Below are positions 26,331-39,789 of a stretch of 64,000 bases of DNA, piece after piece. Source of the DNA: Octopus sinensis (lineage: Eukaryota); contig NC_043003.1 of the NCBI RefSeq assembly GCF_006345805.1, forward strand, positions 74,028,001 to 74,092,000. The letters run 5' to 3'. A model generated the notes under the pieces. The model was given only the letters and a program-made list of their open reading frames with translations. It was not told the origin of the DNA and ran no database searches. Position 1 is the stretch's first letter, and each line of letters begins with the position of its first letter. Position numbers and translations under genes: made by a program.

Positions 26331-29314
26331 TTATTTGCATACCTACTGCATGTGTATATTTATAGGTATACCTATTAAACATACATATGTTTCTATGTAT
26401 ATAACTAATGGGTTCACATATTCTTACTGCAGTTATATACACATTCCTAACTATAAGCATTACAAAGATATCCATACATATATTCACTACGCACAATATG
26501 CTCATAAATATTGCGCATTCTCTCAGATGTATGTAATACGTGTACATAGTAATAAATGAAGGCAATGTGTATAGATATTTATACTTATAGTTAATACACA
26601 TACATATATATAGAATACACACACATACATACACATAATGAACGTCCATGTGGACAGCATCAAATATATTTATATACACACGTTACATACATATAATGCA
26701 AATTGGTGCTCAGTATCTGAACCATATTACACTTCAAAATTCTCATAATGTAATGCATAATGTAGCGTAATATCTGATTCAGGCAATAACTTATAAAAAA
26801 TAAACGATATATCTGATGAGAACACGTCTGATCAGATGAAGTTATTGATATTTTGATGTCATCATCTGATCATATACAACGTTTTATTTAAAAATTCAAA
26901 TTGTAACATATTCAAAATCATATTCAATGTAGACTTAGAAATATATCCTTTGCACCCATGGCAAGGTTACTGTGTAGTGAAAATGATGATTCCTTCGACA
27001 TTTGGCCTGTGTGATCCACAGGGATAATAGTGGCATTTTTGTTTTTCAGCTTGTGTTCGGCATACAGATTGAACTGTTTCTGTCATTGTTACTTATTTCT
27101 AATTATCTAACTGGATATTTGCGACATCAGTGCATGAACAGATACCAATATATTATATAGCGTTGATGGGAGATTCAGTACTTATGTCATTGCTAGACAT
27201 TTTTCTAAAGATGAGAAAGGACGCTCATCTTCAAAGAAGCTGAAAGGCACGCTGCTGCTTAGAAAACACCAGAAAGGAGGGGAGAAATGTAAAACAAAAT
27301 GACTGAGAATAAAGAAAATTTGCATACGTTTGACAACCTTGAACAATAATCAATATGGTTAGTAGAAATGAATTTAATGGGAAGAAAAGTTTGTGGGAGT
27401 AAATGCTTAATCCGGAGAGGTGGTATTTTCCAGTTGAAGGACAGAAATTTGAGGGGGTTACATTTAATACAACTCACAGATCGGAAATTTATTAGGTCAG
27501 TAGAGGTCTGCCATTTAAAAAGAAGTAATTTTTCAGCTAAACAAAGCCTGATTTCTTTGATTCATCAACCTATAGTGTGGATTATCTCAGGATGCGCCAC
27601 TTGATGGCGTCTGGTGATTAATCGGCTTTCAAGTGCCAGTTATTGCTAGACAAATTAGTGACTATATTCTTATCCACACGTGATAAGGAAGACTAGCTGT
27701 TTGCGTAGTTTTTCTAAAATCACTTTAGTATATACCAATGTAGTATTTCTTTTGATTATTTTAAATATGGACGTCATGTTCTGTCTGCGCCGTGTGAGGA
27801 AGCATTTAGCCTTCTTCTACAAATATCATGGAGGTTAACTTTCACAAAATTTAATACTCTCATCAGCTTCTTTGGAATATTTTGCGAAGCACAATCTTTT
27901 GTATACAATAGATCGAAAAACTCTTCTTGTATTGGACACAGTACGTTCTGTCCTACATAAAATGTGAAAAAGAAATTGATTACAATTGATTACATCAATG
28001 TATCGTTAAAAAGATTTCCTATCATCTTACTCATTAATACTTAACAAAAATATATCAGTGTTTTTCCTCGAATGATTGGGTAACATCTTCCAAAATAAGC
28101 TTAACTACAACACATTACACGACAATGTCGAAATGCAATAACTGGCAGCATTGACTACGTTCAAATAATTAGGTAAATATCTATGGCGTTGTCTTTCACT
28201 CAACCATTAACCCTGATGTATATAAACAGAGATATAATTCATTACCGAAGTATAAAGTATATATTGATTCCTCATTATAGCATTAAAATATCTACTATTA
28301 CGATTATATTGCGTATATCTTATTTCTTAACGACTTTGAGCATCTTCGAAGATGCATGCATATCCCAACATCTGATATCATTCAAAAAGACGTTTTTTTT
28401 GTTTATTTATAAGCAATGTCTGTTCGTATTATATTTACGTAGTAAAAGTTTAATCATAACAACTCTAGCTGTTTTCTTTTTCATCTCAGTTATACACAAT
28501 TTATCTATGAGATACAACTGTGAGAGACACATGAGAGAAAGGGGGAGACAGAGACAGAGGAGAGTCAGCGAGCAGAAATGGTTGATAAACCAAAAAATAA
28601 CAGTAAAAACAATACCAAAACATATTGAAAGAAAAACACTCCCCTAATTAAGATGATAAAATATATATGGAAACCTTTGTTTATTTTCGTCTCAGTGAAA
28701 TTTAAATCAGATTGAGGAAAACGCTGGAACGAGAAGATATTGATTCTCAATAACTTTGAAGAGAAAACTCTGGAAATATCAGCACGAACCGGCTTCAGTA
28801 AAGAACAGAGATTAATCATTTATTCTACACGTAATTAATTTTCTTTCGAAAGGAAATTTTTGAAAAATTTGAATTTAGTTTAAGATTACTGTATTTCAAT
28901 AAATAAATGAAAAACATAAAATCACAAAAAGTAAACAGAAATATAAATGAACAAATTAACAAACTGAAAAAAAAAACATTCTACCGTTGATGTTGTTCAT
29001 TCTTATGTAGATGTAATTGAAAACTAATATCTTGTAGCTACACTATTTTGAAATCACGTAAATGTGTCTCTAATTAAACAGACGCGTTTAAACATTAGAT
29101 TTTAATAATGTTTTATGTATTCCTCGAGGCCATTTATTGTTGAATGCTCTACTTATGGTAAGACAATAATGTTTTATGGTGATAATGGATGATTTGGCGT
29201 GGAATGTTATCTACCCCCAAATCTTGTGCACTGGCAAATGTCTCAGAAAGCTCATCTCTTAATAGATATTTCCAATTATTTTTTATCGACATAGTTCTGT
29301 CAACAGGATTAAGG

Positions 29315-29453
<139 letters not shown>

Positions 29454-31069
29454 TGTGACTAACTTAAAATATTACTAAAAATGGGCGGGACCTCACCCGT
29501 ATTATTTAACCAAAATATGTAATAAAACAATTATACTTTTGGAAGTGGCAGATTAGTATATATTTCGCTTCCAGTTTAAAGGTCAAAACATTTTGCTTAT
29601 AATGCCATTAAACTTGTGGCAATATGATACCATCCAGAAAACCATGAGAAATATATCAACGCATATATTTTTTTTCATTGTTCTCGTACTAGAGACAACG
29701 AGTTGTTGGATGTTGTCTGCTTAACACATCTTACAATGTTGTATCACACACTAGTCTGATACTGATGAACTTGTCATTTCTAGCGGATTTTGCTTGAGTG
29801 TTCATTTACGTAACTCATAAATGTAGTATTCATTCGTTCAATATTTTCTTTATAATTTCATATTTACTATTTACTACCCCGCAGGCAAATGTGCATCATT
29901 TTCAATTAAATCTATTCGTCCATTTAAAATGATAAATTTATATAAATGTTATTCAGTTTCAATATAAAGATTCCTTGAAAGAATTATAAATTTATTAACT
30001 TTGCACTATTTTCAATTTTCAAAAAATGAGTAGTTGTATATGATGTTTTCATTTATTGAATTTTAAATTATTGAGATTTACTTTGCCTTTGTTAGTGAAC
30101 TTTCAATAAATAATCTGTTAGAACTGTATAAATAAAAGCACTTGTTTTTAAATATTTTCATTTACATTCTGCAAAATAGTTTATAAATTCTATAATATTT
30201 ATTATTGCTTATATGACTTCTCAACAAACAAGACTTCTAGTCATGTTTTGTATTCATCTTTATCATGTATCGTTCTGGCTGTGCAATTGAATACTTTTAC
30301 ATCAAAAACTCTTTCATGTTTTTCTACTGATGACAACATATAATTGTGTATTTGTGAACACTGGAATCCGAATCACACTGCTACATGCCTCTCTTTGACT
30401 AGTATTTACCGGCATAACAAATGTAGGTCTAATGGAAAATTGCAGTTATTTTACAGTGAAGAGTAAAATTGACGAGAAACGGGATAGCAGTAGCACACTT
30501 CCAGCTTTAGCGGCTCTAATTTACCTGTGATTCAGTAAATTTTCATGACCATTGCGATCCGTGTATCGGGTAATACTTAAATGACCTTTGCTGTGATTTA
30601 AGACGAGGAAAATATTTTGTGGAACTCCTATCTTGTGTTTGAGGATGTGCAGATGTAAACTGCTTATAAAAGATAAAAGTGCGTGACCGACTCTCATCTT
30701 TTCCATGTAATTGCATATCCAGGAATTTTATTCAAAATTTAAAAGTTTATTTGATTACTAAATACATCACTTTGCGGTGTCCATTGCTTAATTCCACAGT
30801 CCGTTACCAGTTCTGCACAAATAAGTTCACCCAAATATTTCTTGCATCGTTGTTATAACAATGATGTATGGGAAAGTGTATTAGTATTAACAATGTCTGA
30901 GATCCATTCATTATCCCGCTGTCCTGTTCAGTTTTGCAGTGTTTTTTAGGCAATAGAATACGTGAAAATAATTCTTCTTGAAAGAACTATGTTGTTGAAA
31001 ATATTTAGAAACCTCGTATACACTCGATGTTGCAAAATGTTTTCTTGACTTCTAATGGAACGTTTGGTA

Positions 31070-31787
31070 TTAGATCGTCAAGTATGAAATTTGTACTAAG
31101 GTATATGGTAAAATTTAACAGCTGTTCATCTTGAGCCATAATTATATTTTGACAATCTTTACTTTTCTTTAGAAAGCTGACACATCTATTTCTATATTCT
31201 AACTCATTTTGCGCTTTATAAATTTTTCTTTGTCACTATTTTTGTTTAGAGATGGATAAGTCGGAAAGTCCTACAATTTTGAAATATGAGTTCTTTCACG
31301 GAAATACAGCATCAAAGACAGCTCGGAATATTATTGGAGCAAATGATCCTGAAAATTGCAAAAAAGAACTTAAAATAATCAACAGATCTACTCTTATTTT
31401 ATTGCAAGACAGCACCAGACCACACGTCATAACACTGACATTGGCGAAACTACAGGAGTTGGAGTTGGGAATTCTCCCTCATCCACCATACTCACCTGAT
31501 CTTGCCCCCACTGACTATCACTTCTTGCAGAATTTGGATAACTTTGTAATAGGAAAAAAATTAATTCTGATGATGTGAAACAGACCTTCTAAGATTTTAC
31601 TGACTCTAGATTGCCAGGCTTTTACAGTCCCGGGGTGGACAAACTACAGCTGAAATGGCAAATGTGTATTGACAATGTGTATTGACAATATGGGTGCATA
31701 CTTTGATGAATACAACTGTTGCTTGTATTTATAAAACATTAGGATACATTTTATTCTTTTGTACATTATTTTTACTTGACGACCAAA
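31070..31787 (+). mobile_element. Internally deleted mariner element with TIRs and TA target-site duplication
   Basis: Left TA|TTAGATCGTCAAGTA and right TACTTGACGACCAAA|TA. ORF MDKSES..ILKYEFFHGNTASKTARNI fused to LLQDSTRPH...PHPPYSPDLAPTDYHF. Confidence 0.92.
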
Positions 31788-32382
31788 TACATTCATCACT
31801 TTCGCAAAAAAGTATTTTAGCTCTACGGACCACTGCTAAAATATGCCCAAAACAACGTCAGAATATCAATAATTTCCCACACTGAATTGGCTCATTGCTC
31901 AATCAATATTGAAGCAAGCAACTGAAAGCTTTAAAATTTCCGGGCTTCGTTTCACACAAGTAGCTGCTAATCGCGATGAGGGGACTAGTCGCATAATGGA
32001 AAGATGCAGAACAACTTGATGTAACCGTAAATTTTATTGAGCATGTTTATAGATTATTGTAACAGTCATCGGTTGACGCATATAAAAAATACTCCGTGTA
32101 TTATCCGTTGGAAAATACTCTGACAGACACAAACATACAAAACTAACAACAAACCCTGCCAATTTGTATTCATGAAACTTACCACGCTGTTACATTCATG
32201 TAGCGAATTCCGAACTGAAGCACTTAGCTAATTTCATCATGTAAGGACAAAAACTTAACTTGCCGCTTGCTATACTCACGATTGCTCAATTCTGGCAAGT
32301 CTCAAGGAAAAACTAAGCTATGAGCATTAGATTCCTGGGAAAAAAAGCATTATGTATGTATATATATATATATATATATATA

Positions 32383-32574
32383 GTCAGTCGCCATGATAGA
32401 TCGTTAGCCACTACACACATTTTTTCTCTCCATGTTTTTTCTGTGTACCTTTCTGTAGACGAGCGTAGGCTCGAAATGTAAAAGACTTTTTCTATTCCTG
32501 AACGTTATACTAATACATCTGTTTGTTTTGTAGACCACCTGTCTTCGTCTTTTGTTTTTTAACTCAAACTCTCC
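32383..32574 (+). mobile_element. Solo PLE-type terminal repeat between (TA)n tracts
   Basis: Homologous to about 16000-16185 and to the reverse complement of about 62750-62850. Confidence 0.75.
32449..32484 (+). ncRNA. Variant minimal hammerhead motif (U6)
   Basis: CTTT-CTGTAGA-C-GAGC-gtag-GCTC-GAA-ATGT-A-AAAG. Helices I and II intact, GUA triplet, A6 to U core change. Confidence 0.55.
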
Positions 32575-32611
32575 ATATATATATATATATATATATATGC
32601 ATTTATATATA

Positions 32612-34595
32612 CTAGCTGAATCACCGCCCTCCGATCGGTCGATTCAGCTAGTAGATGTCTAAACTCCTGTTCATAAAATTGAAACTTCAATTTCCTTACC
32701 GAAATTTAATTATAGACACCGTTGTCAAAGTAGCTTCCTTGCATACCCTTATACCTTGAGTCCAAAGACAATATTTGCTCATTGTTCCCAGACCCAAACA
32801 GTGCTTCGATTATCTCAGTCCACTTTTGGTTGCTTGTCGTAATGATGAAGTGGTCTGGCTTTCCAAACTCATTCACCACAGAAATTCCAGCTTGGAAACA
32901 TTATCTGTATAACAGAGAACCAGTATGTGATGGCGGAAGAATGATTTTAGAACCTTCTTCATTCATGTCACCATTTGCAGTAGTATCCAGAAGGTCCTGG
33001 TACTTCTCACCCTTAAGCTGTTTCTCATGAGTTCTCAGGAAGTGTAATTGATCTTGCCCTATCTTTGCATAGTGACCTACTGCATATTGTTGCATCAGAC
33101 GTCTACCTTTCATCATGCCATTGGACTCGTCCTTTCTTACCTGAAGCCGATAAGGATAAAAGTCCCATTCAGTGATATTCTTGCTTCGGTCATTTTCTTT
33201 CAAGAGCACATTCCAGTCACCTTTCCTATAGGGAAACAGAAGTACATAATGAAGAGTGTCATAGCATTTGTGGATTTGACTAATGTAGTCTAACTTCCAA
33301 TTGCTCTCTCTGTACTGCACAACAACATTCGCAGTTTTAATGTTTGGATTATTGGTGTCATCTTCCACCATGATCACAGCAATTTCTGATGCAGTCGGTG
33401 GATTATAGATTCTCTTATGTAACTCAGCAGTAATCAGCAGTTTGTCATGACTTATAATAATATCACTGATAGGAAATGTTCCTAGTGCAGAGTATTTCTG
33501 TTAAAAACTTTTGACATATGGATTCTGCATATGCAGTGCTCTCTGCAAATCAAGCAGGATGATCTCATTAAGGTCAGTGTCAGCTCTTCTGAATAACAAC
33601 CTGTTTCCCATCTCATATTCAGTGTCAACCAAATATAGCTCTACGTAGACTGGCTTCCTATTTATTACTGGTAGGAGACTTCCTATGCGATGGTGCAACT
33701 TTACTTGAATCTTGAAAATAGGTTTAAAAGTACTACCACCCTGTGGTCCAACTGGTGGATTATCTAGATCAACTGAAGCCACATACAATAAATTATTGTA
33801 GTCACGAATATTTTGTTAAGAAACATTGGACTGCATACATTAACATCATAGTAGTTAGTTCTTAATTCTAAGGGGTTTTTTTTATCTGTGGAACTTTGTC
33901 AATGCTAATTTATTTTTCCTTTGCCACAATAGCGGGTTGTTTTCTCAGCACGCCAATGTTAAGATTTGAAGCCAGTGCATGTTCTGTTAAAATGTTTCCA
34001 CAATAGTGCAACATAAGGCTTGGCTTCTGTTTTTTCTCAGGGAATTCTGCCACATCAACTTCCATAGCCAGTCTCTGAGTGTCCGTTCCTTGCTCACAAA
34101 GTCTCGATTGGTCTCATCACTGGTTGTTTGTTTGTAGCTGCTGAATTTGTGGCAGCGACTTTTTTCCTAGAGTCTTGTTTTCTCAGACGATCATTATTTG
34201 TCTGTGCTCCTGTTTCTTGTCGTGTTTCCATTGCACGGCTTTTCTGTGTTTTCAGCCGATTCTCAATCCTCCGAGCTTCTCTTTTTCTTGGTCTCTCCAT
34301 TGCACGGGTATACTGTGTTGTGATCCGATTCTCATTCCTCCGTGCTTCCGAATCTTCTGGTCTTTTCATTGCACGGATTTCCAGTCTCATCAGCCGATCT
34401 GCATTTCTCTGTGCCTCTGTTCCGGTATTTCCATTGCACAGGTTTCTTGCATTATCCTTCACTTTATTTTGTGACACGGAGATGAGCTACGCCCTTGTCC
34501 CTCTTCTTCAATTAGCGTCTGTTGTCTTTCTTCAGCAATTTTTGTGAACGGAATTTTTTTCAGGACATGTTGTTGCCCTTTCTTTTCCTGGGCAT
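32612..34595 (-). mobile_element. Helitron, internally deleted Rep/helicase pseudogene
   Basis: MPRKRK start at 34595; charged R/E N-terminal repeats; FKIQVKLHHRIGSLLP...LQRALHMQNPYVKSF; YDTLHYVLLFPY; RRLMQQYAV...ILPPSHTGS; FGKPDHFIT. 3' terminus is hairpin plus CTAG|T at 32612. No helicase domain. The 5' non-coding end may extend to about 35450. Confidence 0.92.
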
Positions 34596-35348
34596 AGTGT
34601 ACTTTTAAAGCCGTGAATATATTTGACAATTATAGAGCGAAAGTTTTGAGACGATTCGGCTAAAATTTGAGCTAGTTTCTCTGAACGGGAAGTTTTCTCG
34701 GTATTAACTGTAAATAATTACCTTGGATATTTATTTACAATTACATGACTCTCACTAGACATTATTTTAAAGTGCGATTTTTCTGCTGTTGAATTGCTCT
34801 AAACGAATTTGACCATAAAAATGTCGGAAATTTACTACTTTTTAAGGTAATAATAAAATTAGTCGAAACTATTTTCATGTAGTGGAAGGCGTAAAGTTTC
34901 TGAAATGTTCATACTTTTTACGTCTGCTATTTCAAAATTCTACGCATGCATGAAATATCAGACGACAGTACATTCAATAATATATTCATACACGCAACGA
35001 CGTAAACAGACATAAGAATACCTCCGATGGCCGATGTCATGAAAATAGGTCCGACAAATTTTATTAATGTCTTACAAAATACCAAATTTCAAACATTTTT
35101 ATGGTGAAATTCGATTAGAGGAATTCAATAACATAAAGATCACACTTTAAGATAGTGTTTAGCGAGTATGGTGTAATTGTAAATTTCACCGAAGACTGAC
35201 AATATTTTTTTTTGCTTTCAAAAACATTTGAAAGAACATTTGAAAGAACGTAACCGGTTGAGAATGAAATAAGATAAATTGTAAATATTTTTGAGTTTAC
35301 ATGAGAGAGAGAGAGAGAGGGAGAGAGCGAGAGAGAGACAGAGAAAGA

Positions 35349-35388
<40 letters not shown>

Positions 35389-35609
35389 AAGAGAGAGAGT
35401 TTTGAGAGGTAACATTGTACGAAATATTTATATGTATATATATGTGTGAGAGAAACAAAGTTTTTACCACAGACGTAAATACCGCAATTTTAGTATAGAT
35501 ACATACATATATAAATCTACGCCTCTATGCCTCTATCTATCTATCTATCTATATATCTATCTATCTATCTATCTATCTATATATCTATCTATCTATCTAT
35601 ATATATATA

Positions 35610-35640
<31 letters not shown>

Positions 35641-35869
35641 TATCTATCTAACTATCTATCTGTCTGTCTGTTTATCTGTCTGTCAGTCTATCTAGCTATC
35701 TAGCTATACACACACACACACACGTATAATCTGAAGATAAAAGTAAAAGAAAATCTATCTAGGTTTTCCTTGTCGAAATAATATTTGCCGTCATTTATCA
35801 AACTGAAAATAATAACGGTTTCCAGTTGTCCTCTGAATGATAAGATAACGTTTAAACAAGAGGCGCCTG

Positions 35870-36300
35870 TTAAGAAGACAAACGTTGCAGATTGTTAGTT
35901 CATATCAGCAAGCTCGACGATTCATTAATTTTGCTTAATTGTTTTTCGTTTTGGTAGCTAAATCTAGTTCAGTCTTATCTGGATTAATTTGCCTACACTT
36001 TGGTCTATTTAGATAGTCAGGCTTATGTTGCTTCAGTGAAAGAAATGCTTCCTTCGTGCCCGAACATTCAATTCTTTCATCTAAATTAAATTTCTTTCCT
36101 AGGGTTTTCGCCTCCATCTTAATACCGCTATAAATATTGATGTCAGATTTCTTTTGTTTATCCATAATGGCATTAGTTAACAATTTATCACATACATCTC
36201 TATCTACTTCGTACAGATTGTTAGTCTTGTCCGAAATACAAATTTGCTAATAGAGATTTAAATAGTCGCGTACCTTTAGCCAGTTTAGATTGCAACTGGT
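35870..36300 (-). mobile_element. PLE reverse transcriptase N-terminal fragment
   Basis: EAFLSLKQHKPDYLNRPKCRQINPDKTEL matches the PLE AFITLKDHKPNF..P.CRLINP.K.E motif. Confidence 0.85.
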
Positions 36301-36419
36301 TACAGTAAGTGTACTTACTAAACGTATTCAGGAAAATAAAGTTCAGCAAATGGGTCTTGAAGGGGATAACGTCTTTAACAGGCGAAAGAAATTTCCGTGA
36401 TTTAATATCGAAATGTTGT

Positions 36420-36700
36420 CAGGTTGTTATAAGTAATTTTATAATAAAATCCTAAGGCCTTCCATCGTAAGCATTTAACAAACTTTACTGGTTTGCCAAC
36501 GAGCATCCAAGAAACGGTAAGCAAAGTATTCGTTTACCCTTTGGGTTCATATAATAGCACAGATATATATTCAGTTGGTTTATACATATTAAACGTTAAT
36601 TCGAAATTTCTCAGCTATACCATCGGGATATACCGCGACGACGCTTTCGCAGTATTACATGTATACGAGGGCCAGGATATAGATTCCTTTAGAATATATA
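36420..36700 (+). mobile_element. PLE reverse transcriptase fragment including catalytic motif
   Basis: VGLYIL...IGIYRDDAF (GLYRDDGL-type motif C). Confidence 0.7.
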
Positions 36701-36941
36701 TACACAATATATACACATATATATGCATACATATACATTTCTTTAGCAATGGAATGCCGAAAGGTAAATATGATATATAACTTTGTACGCATTTCTCAAA
36801 AATTGGACAGTTCCTTATCAAGTAAATCCACAACGCCCCTTGAAGATTAATTATTTTTCTTCATTACTGAATACTAATATTCATTACTAATTGACCGTTT
36901 TTCATAATGTGTGTAGTATGCCTAGATTGTATGTATGTGTG

Positions 36942-36996
<55 letters not shown>

Positions 36997-37092
36997 TAAG
37001 GGCTCCTAAATAAAGATGCCGAGTGCTGGGAACACAAAAAGGGGATGAATTTATCGAGAGTGAAAATCAAAAACGTTTACCGATAACTTTAA

Positions 37093-37170
37093 CAACTCGT
37101 ACCGCGGTTTCTGCTTCTTTCTAGCAAAACACAGAATATGTTTGCTAAGGCCAGCTTCATCAGCGTGTTG
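37093..37170 (-). ncRNA. Type I hammerhead ribozyme, array copy 1
   Basis: CAACACG-CTGATGA-A-GCT...(TAGCAAA-CATA-TTC-TGTG-T-TTTGCTA hairpin)...AGC-A-GAA-ACCGCGGT-A-CGAGTTG. One mismatch in helix I. Confidence 0.8.
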
Positions 37171-37537
37171 CCTGAATTTAATCGAGGTCTGCAGCGATGT
37201 GGGGCTATACGTTAAACCCGACTACTAGCAGATCTTAACTTTTCAAATCTCTGCGCAGACGCAAAATTTACGCGGGCATGCCGGGAAGAAGTTTACGAAT
37301 AAATTCATCATGTAGTATGCGAATATAAACAAGAAGGGTAGTAATATTATTTACTACCAGGTGCCCAGCACAAAAGACGAATTAGTCATAAGACAAAAAT
37401 ATTATTCATATAGAAAAATATTATTCATGTAGTTATACAATTAAGGGCTCCTAAATAAAGATGCCGAGTGCTGGGAACACAAAAAGGGGATGAATTTATC
37501 GAGAGTGAAAATCAAAAACGTTTACCGATAACTTTAA

Positions 37538-37615
37538 CAACTCGTACCGCGGTTTCTGCTTCTTTCTAGCAAAACACAGAATATGTTTGCTAAGGCCAGC
37601 TTCATCAGCGAGTTG
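37538..37615 (-). ncRNA. Type I hammerhead ribozyme, array copy 2
   Basis: As copy 1 but with perfect 7-bp helix I CAACTCG/CGAGTTG. GUA cleavage triplet. Confidence 0.85.
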
Positions 37616-38000
37616 CCTGAATTTAATCGAGGTCTGCAGCGATGTGGGGCTATACGTTAAACCCGACTACTAGCAGATCTTAACTTTTCAAATCTCTGCG
37701 CAGACGCAAAATTTACGCGGGCATGCCGGGAAGAATTTTACGAATAAATTCATCATGTAGTATGCGAATATAAAAAGAAGGGTAGTAATATTATTTACTA
37801 CCAGGTGCCCAGCACAAAAGACGAATTAGTCATAAGACAAAAATATTATTCATATAGAAAAATATTATTCATATAGAAAAATATTATTCATGTAGTTATA
37901 CAATTAAGGGCTCCTAAATAAAGATGCCGAGTGCTGGGAACACAAAAAGGGGATGAATTTATCGAGAGTGAAAATCAAAAACGTTTACCGATAACTTTAA

Positions 38001-38078
38001 CAACTCGTACCGCGGTTTCTGCTTCTTTCTAGCAAAACACAGAATATGTTTGCTAAGGCCAGCTTCATCAGCGAGTTG
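38001..38078 (-). ncRNA. Type I hammerhead ribozyme, array copy 3
   Basis: Same motif as copy 2. Confidence 0.85.
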
Positions 38079-38444
38079 CCTGAATTTAATCGAGGTCTGC
38101 AGCGATGTGGGGCTATACGTTAAACCCGACTACTAGCAGATCTTAACTTTTCAAATCTCTGCGCAGACGCAAAATTTACGCGGGCATGCCGGGAAGAATT
38201 TTACGAATAAATTCATCATGTAGTATGCGAATATAAACAAGAAGGGTAGTAATATTATTTACTACCAGGTGCCCAGCACAAAAGACGAATTAGTCATAAG
38301 ACAAAAATATTATTCATATAGAAAAATATTATTCATGTAGTTATACAATTAAGGGCTCCTAAATAAGATGCCGAGTGCTGGGAACACAAAAAGGGGATGA
38401 ATTTATCGAGAGTGAAACTCAAAAACGTTTACCGATAACTTTAA

Positions 38445-38526
38445 CAACTCGTACCGCGGTTTCTGCTTCTTTCTTTCTAGCAAAACACAGAATATGTTTG
38501 CTAAGGCCAGCTTCATCAGCGAGTTG
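38445..38526 (-). ncRNA. Type I hammerhead ribozyme, array copy 4
   Basis: As copy 2 with a 4-nt duplication in the helix II internal loop. Core intact. Confidence 0.85.
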
Positions 38527-38774
38527 CCTGAATTTAATCGAGGTCTGCAGCGATGTGGGGCTATACGTTAAACCCGACTACTAGCAGATCTTAACTTTTC
38601 AAATCTCTGCGCAGACGCAAAATTTACGCGGGCATGCCGGGAAGAATTTTACGAATAAATTCATCATGTAGTATGCGAATATAAACATTTCTATATGAAT
38701 AATATTTTTGTCTTATGACTAATTCGTCTTTTGTGCTGGGCACCTGGTAGTAAATAATATTACTACCCTTCTTG

Positions 38775-38812
<38 letters not shown>

Positions 38813-38813
38813 G

Positions 38814-38894
<81 letters not shown>

Positions 38895-39548
38895 GGAAAT
38901 ATAGAATCCTCTACATTGCATTCCTCCTCGTTTGTTTTCTTACACACACCCTAAAATGAATAAATTACACCTGGCAGATTACTGCTGAAGCAAGGTGACA
39001 TTCACAGTCTTCGTTAAGTTTACGGTAAATGAAAGGCCGAAGACATAAGATACGAGAATTTTTATTAATCACCACAATCTTTTGATCCATCAAGCATCGA
39101 TCCTTCACTGGTATGGTACTTAACCACAGTGCAGATGTGGATATTCGAGTAAAAAAACTCATTAAAATTAAAGTTCTGCATGGTATATTCTCATTTCGTG
39201 TAAAGTAAAATAGCAAATTAAAGGATATATCATCATTTATATAGAAGATGAATAATTTAAAATAACTACTGTAAAAATGAAACGAACGGACATTACTGCG
39301 AGAAACGTATTAAAAATAAAGGGTATGAGATATGGATGTATAAACGCCCTCAGTCAACCTGCATGGGAATGCTATTTTAACGAGTTATAGAAATTTATCA
39401 TCCTACGATACACATCTGCACTGCTGAATGCTCCTTAACTAGTCTCCAAGTATCACACCCGTGAGGGATCGATGGGAGATGTGTGGAAAAATCGTCGTGA
39501 TTAACAAGAATCCTTTTACTATCCATCTTCCATCTTTTATTTACTATA

Positions 39549-39611
<63 letters not shown>

Positions 39612-39789
39612 AAATTAGAAAACAAACACCATAGAACTTTTCCCTGTAAGTTAGGAATAATATTCCCTCAAATAATAATAATTATATTATGTATGCATAT
39701 ATTTATACTTGGCTGCATTTGTGATTCTGAGTAACACGATTCTACGTATTCTGTATGAAACAAAGAAATAATGAATGGTATGTTATGCC

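Larger units (their letters stand above)
36991..38776 (-). mobile_element. Tandem array of about 445-bp hammerhead-bearing units (candidate non-LTR retrozyme)
   Basis: Units start at 36991, 37436, 37899 and 38344 (445, 463, 445 bp, then a partial unit with an inverted tail). Units are nearly identical, (TA)n lies on both sides, and each has one HHR. Confidence 0.9.

Noticed and set aside
26814-26850. CTGATGAG motif
   Set aside because: No downstream GAAA or NUH.
27830-27875. Minus-strand CTGATGA...GAAAGTTAAC
   Set aside because: Helix II cannot pair and U16.1 is misplaced.
36991-38687. Array as CRISPR or ordinary satellite
   Set aside because: Units are about 445 bp and near-identical throughout with no unique spacers, and the context is eukaryotic. 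The ribozyme and inverted end argue against a plain satellite.
38965-39216. 83-aa ORF as a host exon
   Set aside because: No recognisable domain and weak splice signals.
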